A stretch of 64,000 bases of DNA. It comes from Antedon mediterranea. Lineage: Eukaryota > Animalia > Echinodermata. Every line of letters begins with the position of its first letter. Position 1 is the stretch's first letter. The translations under genes and the position numbers were made by a program. The stretch spans positions 30,501,648 to 30,565,647 of the forward strand of contig NC_092673.1 of assembly GCF_964355755.1 (NCBI RefSeq), read 5' to 3'. Positions 54,001 to 64,000 of the stretch are shown piece by piece. A model generated the notes under the pieces. The model saw nothing but the letters and a program-made list of their open reading frames with translations, made no database searches and was not told the origin of the DNA.

Positions 54001-57000
54001 CATACATAATTTTAAAGACAGTAGGTTTCATTTATTACCATAAATATAATTAAATACTACCGTAAAACATAGATAAACTCACATTATTTTCGCCCGTTGA
54101 GTAAATGTATATTTTTTTCTTTACAACAAACAAACTTGACGGGTTGTTTGTTGGTATATATTTACTCCATTGTGTTGGTTCAGAGGATGTTTTTCTTACG
54201 CACCTGCCTTTCTTGTATTTTGACTCCAAATTTGTTGACTACCGTAACTTTATCCTGAATACCACACTTTAAAATTAGGATGTATAAGTACTTTCAGACG
54301 GAGAAACACATAAAAACAAATAAATAAATCCTTTAAATTGATGATTTTACAGACATGTTTCTTTGTATACTGTAACTCCTCGAGCTCCCCACATGCTCAA
54401 TGTTTTTGTTTCTATGGAGCGCCAAAAGAGCAACAATAATAGTACAAGTATAAAAACAGAAAGAAAACGAAACAAATCATGATTTTTAAATAAAAATTTA
54501 TTTGCCAGTATTTATTTCTTCGTACTTGCATGATTATTAATATACTATTATCATTACAATTTTAATTTTACATTGTTCCATCCACACTGTAGATGGACTC
54601 CACAGAGTTTTTAGCCCTCTATATAATTTTTGCTCTTTTGACGTTCCATAGAAACAAAAACATTGAACATGGTAGGCCTACAACTGCTACTGTACTGTAG
54701 GCTAGTCATGCGAAATTCGTAAACAGTTTGTGTGCGAGAAAAACGTCTGTAAAATCATCAATTTAAAAATGTATTTGTTACTTTTTATGTGATTCTTTTT
54801 CATAAAAGTGCCAATTCTAAGGTGTGGTATTCAGAATAAATGTTGGGAGTTAAAATACAAGGCAGGTGCGAAAGATAAATATTTGTAATCTTAGGTCTTG
54901 GGTCTTAGCTTTCGTGATCTTAGGTCTTAGGGGGTCTTAGCTTTCGTGGTCTTGGGTTTCGTGACACCCAAACAAATAGCTGTGTAATTGCTATACCTGA
55001 TACAGCAATAATAGCAAATAATAGCAAACAAATAGCTGTATAATTGCTATATATGATACAGCAATAATAGCAATTAATAGCAGTTAAAGCCAAATAATAT
55101 AACAATTACACAATGCTACATTTAAACTGTGTATACTTAAAGGCCAGGTGCGAGGTGCAAGAAATTTCTATTGATCATACATTCCAATAATCATCGATCT
55201 ATAGTTTCCCCTATGTTTCATAATTTTTGGGATTTTCTTTGTGTTACACAAGCTTGTTGAAAATAACCACCTTCTTATCAGTGGGGGATAGTTCAAATTA
55301 CACAGTAAAATCTCTAAATTCTTTTGTACACAAATTTTTTTAATAAAGAGGCGTTTTAGTGATGTTTTTTTCAGGTTATACACGTCAGCCATTTTACATG
55401 AGGGTGGTTAGATCTTGGCGGTTTACATCTGGAGTGATGTTTTTTTTTAAGGGTGTAAACATCAGGCGTTTTACATGACGGTGGTCAGATCTTGGAGGTT
55501 TGCATCTGGAGTGATGTTTTTTTTTATGGGTATACACGTCAGGCATTGCACATGAGGTTGGTAAGATCTTTGAGGTTTATGTCAGGAGTAATGTTTTTTT
55601 TTAAGGGTATACACGTCAGGCGTTTTACATGAGGGTGGTTAGATCTTGGCGGTTTACATCTGGAGTGATGTTTTTTTTTAGGTTATACACGTCGGGCGTT
55701 TTACATGAGGGTGGTTAGATCTTGGCAGCGTTTTACACGAGAGTGGTCAGATCTTGGCGGTTTACATCTGGAGTGATGTTTTTTTTTAGGTTATACACGT
55801 CAGGCGTTTTACATGAGGGTGGTTAGATCTTGGCGGTTTACATCTGGAGTGATGTTTTTTTTAAGGTTATACACGTCAGGCGTTTTACATGAGGGTGGTT
55901 AGATCTTGGCAGTTTAAGTACATCTGGAGTGATGTTTTTTTAAGAGTATACACGTCAGGCATTTTACATGAGGGTGGTCAGATCTTGGCGGTTTACATCT
56001 GGAGTGATGTTTTTTTTTAGGGTATACACGTCAGGCGTTTTACATGAGGGTGGTCAGATCTTGGCGGTTTACATCTGGAGTGACGTTTTTTTTATGGGTA
56101 TACACGTCAGGCGTTTCACATGATGGTAGTTAGATCTTGGCGGTTTACATCTGGAGTGATTTTTTTTTTAAGGTTATACACGTCAGGTATTTTACATCTT
56201 GGCGGTTTACATCTGGAGTGATGTTTTTTTTTAGGTTATACACGTCAGGCGTTTTACATGAGGGTGTTCAGATCTTGGCGGTTTACATCTGGAGTGATGT
56301 TTTTTTTAGGTTATACACGTCAGGCGTTTTACATGAGGGTGGTTAGATCTTGGCGGTTTACACATGGAGTGATGTTTTTTTTTAGGTTATACACGTCATG
56401 CGTTTCATATGAGGGTGGTCAGATCTTGGCGGTTTATGTCAGGATTAATGGTTTTTTTTAAGGGTATACACGTCAGGCGTTTTACATGATTATTTAAAGG
56501 GTCAGTTCTAAGTTCAGATTATTTAGAAGGTTAGGATACTTAAAGAAGGTTTAGTTGACACAGTGGAGGTTTATTAAATAGTTAGGTTCATTTCATAGTT
56601 GAGATTATTTAGAGGGTTAGGTTCAGTTCATAGTTAGGTTTAGTTGACCCAGTGGAGGTTTTCTAAATGGTAAGGTTCAGTTCATAGTGGAGATTATTTA
56701 AAGGGTTAGGTTCAGTTCATAGTTTAGATTATTTGGAGGGTTAGGTTCAGTTGGTAGTTGAGATTATTTAGAGGGTTAGGTTCAGTTCATAGTTGAGAAT
56801 ATTTAGAGGGTTAGGTTCAGTTCATAGTTGAGATTATTTAGAGGGTGAGGTTCAGTTGATGTTTCAGATTATTTAGAGGGTGAGGTTCAGTTCATAGTTG
56901 CTATTATTTACAGTGTTAGGTTCAGTTGATAGTTGAGATTATATAGAGTGTTCAGTTCATAGTTTAGATCATTAAGATGGTTAGGTTCACTTTATAGCTG

Positions 57001-60000
57001 AGATTATTTAAACGGTACGTTCAGTTCATAGTTGAGATTATTAAGGAACAAACCAGAAAACTATTACAGTGTTAGGTTCAGTTGATAGTTGAGATTATAT
57101 AGAGGGTTCAGTTCATAGTTTAGATCATTAAGACGGTTAGGTTCACTTTATAGCTGAGATTATTTAAAGGGTACGTTCAGTTCATAGTTGAGCCAATTTT
57201 GACATTCCAGTTCCCAAATATTTGTAAACATCTTTAATACTACAACAATAATCCATATTGACAACACTGACAACTATTATTTACCAACAACAATCAGGCT
57301 TTTACAAGGGATTCCAAACACTACAAATACTTTCATCCTAAACAGCACAATCCTAAAATATTTAAATGTCATAACTAAATATAATGCCTCAATTTAATTG
57401 TACATTTCCTTATAAACTTAAGTTGCAACTATTAATGATTCAGAATAATATTATATAAAGGTCGCAAACTTAATTCTTTGGCTCTTGAAGTACAATATTA
57501 TGCAACACACGTAGAAATTTGAATAAAATGTACAGCAAGAAAAATGAGCATAACATCGTGTATGATGACAAAATTAACCTATTCCAAATAAAACATGCCT
57601 TCCAAATTCCAGGGAAGAGTTAATTTAACTCTTCCCTGCAAATTCCAATTAAAAGGTGATAGCAACAAACCCGAAAACTATAGAGACATTTCTGACATTC
57701 GACTTTCCAAAAATTTTTAAACATCTTTAATACTACAACAATAAGCCATTACTGATAACAACAACATTATTTACCAACAACAATCAGGCTGTCACAAGGG
57801 ATTCAGAACACTACATATACTTTCATGCTAAACAGCACAATCCAAAAATATTTAAGTAAGAGAAGGGATCAATTATTTTGTTGCTTCGTTGATCTCAAAC
57901 TTGCTTTTGACTACATAAACAATAATGTGTATTAATAAAATTAAGAGAAATAGGTGTAATCAATAATACATTTCACGTCAAATATTCCATGTACAGTAAA
58001 ATATCAGCACATGTAAAAATATGCCACTAGTTAATGCTCCCATTTCAACGTTTGAATGGGATACAGCAAGAAGGTTCACCTCTGTATTCTGTTTAAAATA
58101 TATTTATAAACGATCTATTGTTATTAATACAAATACCAAAGAAATACAATTCGGAGACTGCTTTATAAACCATCTATTATATTATGCTGATCAGCAATAT
58201 GTTTTATGACTATTCCGAGACATTGCAAAGGGTCTCAAATTCAATGAATGTATTGGAAACATTTTGCGACGCATGCAATGTTAGTGTAAATGTAATCCAA
58301 TCCAAAATAATTGTATTTCAAAAAGGTGGGAAATTATTAGGACATTTGAAAAGTCGTACTGTAATATAACAACCTTTACATGTAAGTTGTTTAATCGTAT
58401 ACATACTTTCGAGTATGGATACATCTGGTACAATCAGAAAGTTGAAAATAAATACAAGTTTGTGATTTAGAAAAATGAAAATATGTTAAGCAGTTTACAA
58501 TCCATTCTAAATGAAAGTATTTTAATTTATTTAAATGAAAGATTGGAATTTCAGTTTTATCAAAGATAAAATTCATTTTATGTTACTTTGCCCTTTTTAA
58601 TAAATGTCATAACTAAATGTATGCCTAGATTTAATTGTACATTTCCTTATAAACTGAAGCTGCAACTATTAATGATTAACAATAATATTATATACAGATT
58701 AATTCTTTGGCTCTTGAAGTACAATATTATGCAAAACACGTAGAAATTTGATTAAAATGTTCAGCAATTAGGACAATGAGTGATCTGAGTAAGTAGAATA
58801 GCCTGATTTATAACATACGATTGAACAATGTCATTCAGTAACTTATTGCGTGTCCAAAAGTTTACCCTCATGCTGCAGTTTCTTGTGTATCATTTCATTG
58901 TGTCTTTGGATAACAGTATACAAACAAAATTTGACATTTGTTTCGTGCTGTACTTATAGGCCATAAGCAGTAGCCCAAAAGATGCCTAGAACATGGATTT
59001 CGTTCCCACCTCTTGGATCTACATTTTGAAAGTTGATATTGTGAAATGAATATGTTACACATACTATATCAAAAGTTCTCCATGAAATACTTGTACACTT
59101 TTGAGCAATGGCCTCTCAAAGGTACCCCACTACTGCAAAAAAGGCACTTTTTGAGGTCTGGAGGTACTTTTATGGGCCAATATCTTTAAAAGTCTTTGTC
59201 CAAATGCAATTGTCTTTTCTCTGTGAGTAGTCCAGTATATTGTGAACACTTATCCAAAATTTAAAATTAAAAAAAGAAGTATTTTGTATGTGAGGAAAAC
59301 TGAAAAATCACAATTATTTAGTTGTAATTACACTTTTCAAGATTTTTAAGACACAATATCTTCGTAACTAATTGACATACCATATTTATATTTTTTTCCC
59401 AACTATTTGAGAGGGTTGTTAAACAAGATTCAAAGTTTCAGCTTGTCAGCTTCAGGGAGGTTTTATTTATGAAGATGCAAAAACTGAGATTTGGCCAATT
59501 TTATAGATAATTTTAATATCTTTTAGTCGTTATCAGTTATATTTTAATAATCAACTCTCACTATGTATTTATATTCATGCAATGGGTATCCTAGTGAGTT
59601 AGTGACACACAAGTGAAGTTTCAACGCAAAAGAAATTATTATGCAATAATATGATTGTAACTTACATTGCATTTTTTTTGTTTTTAGTACCAATTTTGTG
59701 TTAACTCGACTCAAACCGTAAAAGGCGCCTGAATAAATACTATGCCTTTTCTGTACAACTACCCGAGAGGGTTGATAAATAACCTTTTCAAACCAGCTTG
59801 ATGATTTTTGTTTATATAGGAAGATGTCTTTTAAAAAATAATTCTTTAGATATTTTTGATGTTTGATGTTCGATGTTTTATTTGTTTTTGAGGAGTACGT
59901 AAGCCTACATGATTTCTTAGAAAGTGACTTGCCATAATAATATTTATATTCATGCAATGAGTATGCTAGTAGGTTAGTGACACCTGAGTAAATTTTCAGC

Positions 60001-63000
60001 ACAAACAATAAATGATTATGCAATAACTTATTTATTGTAACTTAAATATTGCATTTTTTAGGAGTTTTTAGTGCCAATTTAGGCCAGGAGCTTCCATAAA
60101 AACAACCCCTTTTTTTCTGTGAAACACCAGATAAGTAAGCCTGCCATTTTTACTGTTGTTATATTGATAACATGAATGTAACTCTTGTGGAGAGAACTAT
60201 TATTGTTGATAATGATATGAAATGGACATATATACACACAATATACAACAAATACCTTGTAATGTATTTTCATTTTTTTTTTTTTCTTTTGGATTTGTGT
60301 TTTTTTACAACCCTACATGTTGCCCAATATACAATGTATATAATCCTACTCTTCTCTAGATACGTTGTACCAGCATAACTAGTAGTCAAGTAGAAAAGTC
60401 AATTTCAAGTGCGGCATGGCCAGTGTACAATGGAAATAGCAAATATACTTTAACTAATTAATAAGTAATAATTACTATGTGGAATATCCTTCATCAGTAT
60501 GTACATACTACGTGGTAGGTAGGTACAATTAAACATAGATTCAGCAACATTTGCAGTAAGTATTTTACATTCAGCCAGTTGATGGTTTTGAAGTTTATGA
60601 AATATTCAAGATGATGACAATTGTTTTGAATTGAATTGTTTCTGTAACAAATAATCAAGAATAGATTATCTAATTTATATCAATTACTTAATATTTTAGT
60701 TAAACTGAATATTATTAAATTACAATGAATGTTTTTGGTTTTATATTTAAGAATTAGTTCAGATTTGTGGTAAACCATACACAGAAATGTTGAAACATTC
60801 TCAACTTTACTTACTCTACCACACACTTTACATTACTATATAGTGTTTATTGACAATGCAACCTGGTATATAAAACATTTTTAAAGTAATGGATGTTTTT
60901 CAGCTATTTCTTGCATTCATTACTATTTTTAACTTTCACTACTAATTTTACTACTATTGTACATAATTATAACAAAACTTAAATCATTTGGCATTTCTCA
61001 TCTCTACATTAAAAAAGGATCCAAAACTTACCAGAATCAGTGAACGTGTTCAGAATTTTTGTGCCTCCTTTCCGCTAGACAACCTAGACATAAATTGAAG
61101 ATAAATTGAATTGAAAAGATACAGTTGAAATGAAATAAATTATTTTAAATTAAAATTAAGCATTTATAAATAAAAATAATACCGGGCTGATGTATGAATA
61201 CTAGGCCTAGTCCTCGGACCAGACCATCAAAATGAATGCATAATACTAAATAGGATAGCCTAGGTACAGTATAGAGAAAGCCTGCTTACTAGGCCAGACC
61301 AAATTAATTATTTCAAACAAATGTAATTATTAATAATAATAAATAATAATATATTAATTTTAATGTGTATTTATTGTGTTTGCTCAAAATGTACTAAAAT
61401 TATGCTATCCTCACCTGTCTGTGTCTTTGTATTCCGTTTGTCGCCATTTGAACTTAAAAATAGCCCATTAAGTTATAGTTTAGTAGCAGGCCTAACTGTA
61501 CTGTGCTGCTGCTGGGCCTACCTAGCCTATGCCATCTTGAGAGTAGCCTAGTATACACCTCCAGACCTAGGCTAGTGGTGTGCTACCTTATTTAAGCCTT
61601 TAGGCTAGACTGCCTAAAGACGTAGCTAGCTATAGGCTAGGCTAGCCTTTCTGTACGAATATTATTAATATAGCACACTGGTTTAAGTGGTAACATTCTA
61701 AAAATCCCATTTCCTATATGAGCAGGAGACTATTTCAATACAATAGGATGATCATAAGATGCATCATTTCTTCGTTTACAGTAGCATTTGTTCGGTGGGG
61801 AAATCAAATAAATTTTCCTCCACATCTCTAGTTACTCCTAGTCTGGGTTCCAGACGGAGTTTTGTCTTAATATTAGTAAAAAGATAAATATTTTGGCACA
61901 TATGGCGTTTCATACGTATACTACTTGATTTTGGATACTCCGAATTTTCAGACAAAAATCGCGGTCGAAATAAAAACAAATAAATTTAAAAAAAAGATAA
62001 TACAGACTTGGGGCAAGTCTAAGTTACTCCATTCATGATTGAATATTTTTGTCCACGTGTGACGTTGCCGTGTGTGAGTTTTGGGGATTCCCCTCATCTG
62101 TAACCAGAGCATGATTGGTGAAATACGATCACGAGGTACAGTTTTTAAGACGTTGCGGATAATTTGAACGTGTAACGTTCGGCCCGACCTAATCACTCAC
62201 GCGGTGTATATTAAAATAAAGTACCAAAATAAAACAGTAATAATTTCTCAAAATTGTCTAACACGATTATGGAGAACTTTTGATATGTTGTTGTTATTTA
62301 TAAAATTATTATTCTAAATATGTAAAGAAATTGTAGATCCATGACATCGGAACGAGATGAAACGTTAGAATGTACTGCTTATGGCCTATTAGTATTAGCC
62401 CTTAGAACAGCATATCAGTAGCAACCACAACTGCTTTTCGAGCTATAGCAAAAATAGCTGCTATATAGCAGTAAGACTTATCCCTAAGACTTCAATAGCA
62501 CAATAACATATCACTAGCAACCACAACTGCTTTTCCAGCTATAATCAGAAATAGCAATATTAGCATAAATAGCATGGTTAAAGCAACAAATAGCAAAAAA
62601 AACCTGTAACTGTATGCTACAACACAAGTATAAGCTCTGAAAACTCCAAAATGACCAATCCTCCTGCGCTTTACTCATTATGGGTAGGCTAGGCCTCCTA
62701 ATCTAGGTAGGCCTAGCTAGGCGCTAGGCCTACTAGGTAGGCTAGGCCTAGGGCCTAAACTAGCCTGCTAGTCTACTAGCCTATACTAGAGGCCTAACTA
62801 GCTAGCTAGCTAGGGTACAGCTAGCTAGGCCTACTAGCCTAGCTAGGGCCAGGCCTAGCTAGGGCCCTAGTTAATAAAATGATAGGAAAGGGTAGGCCTA
62901 CAGGCTTTACACGCTCTATTCAGAATTAAGAAATCAAGAATACTTTAATGAAATATATAAATTAAATTATTTACCACCCTGCTGTTCTTTTGTTGTAATA

Positions 63001-63041
63001 GGACGTGAAAAATAGGACGGAGGTTTTAAGTTACCCGCCAT
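42036..63041 (-). CDS. CCHCR1: Coiled-coil alpha-helical rod protein 1 (about 18 exons; exon 1 62975-63041, ~10.8-kb intron 1, last exon 42036-42103)
   Basis: MAGNLKPPSYF; ELIPPSLFQ; SEIITKQATEIGQL; LELTNLRLTSATEIQAIQ; LTKWRENVFKLMVQ; LSNYDHRISYAVSRIEMLKG; MEERDLLVSRL; MEGHLNTARREHTKA; VTLRQEGL; ASLSNLVDDV. These match recalled HCR-family motifs. Confidence 0.88.
45120..45442 (-). mobile_element. tRNA-derived SINE with a CORE/V/Meta-like central domain
   Basis: On the minus strand: GTGGCACAGTGGCTAGAGCATTGGAC..GGTTCAAGCCCC, then GTTGAGTCCTTGACAAAG..CCAGGTG..AAATGGGTACC. Confidence 0.7.
49042..49473. mobile_element. Kolobok-like element (copy 3), fused at its right end to a Harbinger-like MITE
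   Basis: Same TIRs as copies 1 and 2. The right TTAA is absent and ...ACATCT runs straight into GTCTACACTATC. Confidence 0.72.
51552..51805 (+). mobile_element. tRNA-derived SINE
   Basis: GTAGCTTGGTGG A box and GGTTCAAATCC B box. The 3' part resembles ~33100-33195 (GGCTACCCT). Confidence 0.6.
52413..53375. mobile_element. TIR element with ~80-bp AAGACC-rich TIRs and 8-bp TSD (Merlin/MULE-foldback-like), copy 1
   Basis: GGGGTGTCACGAAACCTAAGACC... on both ends; TSD TTTCAGTA/TTTTAGTA. Confidence 0.85.
53879..54970. mobile_element. Copy 2 of the AAGACC-TIR element, inserted in a ~58-bp TAGCA minisatellite
   Basis: Near-identical to 52413-53375 plus a ~140-bp segment; TSD AACAAATA. Confidence 0.85.
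55365..56488. repeat. Satellite, ~75-77-bp unit, ~15 copies
   Basis: GGTTATACACGTCAGGCGTTTTACATGAGGGTGGTTAGATCTTGGCGGTTTACATCTGGAGTGATG(T)n repeated head to tail. Confidence 0.95.
56489..57192. repeat. Minisatellite, 35-bp unit, ~20 copies
   Basis: GAGATTATTTAGAGGGTTAGGTTCAGTTCATAGTT repeats. Confidence 0.92.
57200..58420 (+). mobile_element. Heavily decayed LINE reverse-transcriptase region with internal duplications
   Basis: Broken motifs PENYRDIS, NQQSG..KGFRT, FVDLKLAFD, LLYAD. 57200-57540 duplicates 57690-57855 and 58600-58765. Confidence 0.65.
57610..57638. mobile_element. 29-bp palindromic transposon remnant (P-like footprint)
   Basis: CAGGGAAGAGTTAA-T-TTAACTCTTCCCTG flanked by 7-bp direct repeat CAAATTC. 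Confidence 0.8.
58958..62387. mobile_element. ~3.4-kb TIR element nested in the 9-kb element (AT or TA TSD; possibly ISL2EU-like)
   Basis: Ends AGGCCATAAGCAGTA / TACTGCTTATGGCCT. Inverted subterminal blocks TCGTTCC, GGATCTACA and a perfect 18-mer ATATCAAAAGTTCTCCAT occur in matching order. Confidence 0.75.
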
Positions 63042-63362
63042 GTTATTTTGATGTTGTGACAAATTATCAATTGCGCCCCCTATAGTGTAGTTATTTTTCA
63101 ACACTTCTCCCAGTTATTTTTCTTAAAATTATAAATTACAGTCCCTAAATTATTATTTGATTACGTACAAATTTAAAATCGCAATTAATGCACAGTTAAT
63201 ATATAAGCTTATTATTTTCAAATGCCCTATAATGAAACTTTTCTTGATTAAAAATAAAATTAATACGTTTCCACCGTTTGAGCGAAACAAACGTGTTATT
63301 CATTTGCATACAGGAGGGTATATCGTATAAGCGGGATGTTTTGGGTACTTAGCTGACATTCT
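63042..63362. promoter_or_regulatory. Bidirectional promoter between CCHCR1 (-) and SLC16-like (+)
   Basis: The two ATGs are ~320 bp apart and divergent. CTCF-like GCGCCCCCTATAG at ~63073; octamer ATTTGCAT at 63302. Confidence 0.55.
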
Positions 63363-63816
63363 ATGAAACGAAACGCTGTATTTAATATCTTTGAAAACAA
63401 GGTAAGGCTTAAACTATTAGAACATAAATACGTTATACAATTAAGTCACAATTCGCCCGTTAAATGCCTGGAAATAGGGCTGATTTATTTTAGTATCACT
63501 GGTGCTAAAGGAGAGCCCTACAACAGCTGATCCTTTCTTGTCACAACCATGACATGAGACGACGACCGTATCGCAATTCAAGACGAATTTCAAAATACAA
63601 ACATAAAGGCATTACTTAAAGGTTTTTAATAAATCATTATGATGGAAAATAAAATGGTTTATGCAACTATTACCGTTATTATTTAGATGGACAGGGCTTG
63701 GATTGTGGTCGTGTCGTCAATGGCGTTACTTTTTATGACACTTGGTTTCGTGTATTCATTTGGAGAGCTATATGGCCCTATTATGGAAGATTTCAATACA
63801 ACTAAGTCTTTTGTAG
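63363..63816 (+). CDS. Monocarboxylate transporter (SLC16/MFS) family, 5' exons (63363-63401, 63687-63816); the gene continues beyond the right edge
   Basis: MDRAWIVVVSSMALLFMTLGFVYSFGELYGPIMEDFNTTKSFVG matches the MCT TM1 motif and ends at a G|GTATG donor. The upstream mini-exon MKRNAVFNIFENK|GTAAG is in phase but less certain. Confidence 0.8.
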
Positions 63817-64000
63817 GTATGTCGTACGAATTGTGTATAACCATGGATTAAACCTAGGCAATCTAACAACAGGATGCTGAGCTAGTTCCGGAGATCAAGG
63901 GGTTTCTCTGTGGCTGCGACACGATCAGTTCCACGCCCCTCTTAGGATAATATATGTATACATAATACAGTACTGATGGTATTTGTCGCAGCCAGACATA

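Larger units (their letters stand above)
53721..62676. mobile_element. ~8.96-kb composite non-autonomous DNA transposon (hAT- or P-like) in CCHCR1 intron 1
   Basis: Perfect 8-bp TSD ATTATGGG (53713-53720 and 62677-62684). Imperfect TIRs CACTAAGGCGCAGG---ATTGGTCAT / GAGTAAAGCGCAGGAGGATTGGTCAT. TAGCA-rich subterminal repeats at both ends. Confidence 0.78.

Noticed and set aside
56489-57192. GGGTTAGG as interstitial telomere
   Set aside because: Only one partial TTAGGG-like word per 35-bp unit, not a telomeric array.
59544-60023. 159-aa ORF inside the nested element as a possible transposase
   Set aside because: No DDE, THAP or zinc-finger motifs; it lies in a ~375-bp AT-rich internal duplication.

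Overview
AT-rich, intron-rich animal DNA. It is probably an invertebrate deuterostome such as an echinoderm (inference from gene and repeat content). The left half holds a tandem complement C3 cluster on the minus strand. It has one complete gene of about 36 coding exons (C3-A, 30117->7226) with signal peptide, RRRR beta/alpha site, GCGEQ thioester, catalytic His and C345C tail. It also has the first four exons of a second paralog (C3-B, starting at 3112 and running off the left edge) and a rearranged C3 remnant (33644-35600) that keeps a copy of the C3 promoter. The right half has DNTTIP2/FCF2 (+) tail-to-tail with CCHCR1 (-), and CCHCR1 is head-to-head with an SLC16/MCT transporter (+) at the right edge. 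C3 next to CCHCR1 looks like proto-MHC synteny. The window is full of non-autonomous DNA transposons (Harbinger-, Kolobok-, P-, Merlin/MULE-like), SINEs, LINE fragments and a 5'-intact RTE. There are four tiny palindromic insertions with 7-bp TSDs resembling P-element excision footprints, and a nested ~9-kb TIR/TSD-bounded composite insertion in CCHCR1 intron 1. Exons were assembled by hand from GT-AG sites and family motifs, so boundaries may be off by a few bases. No database searches were run.
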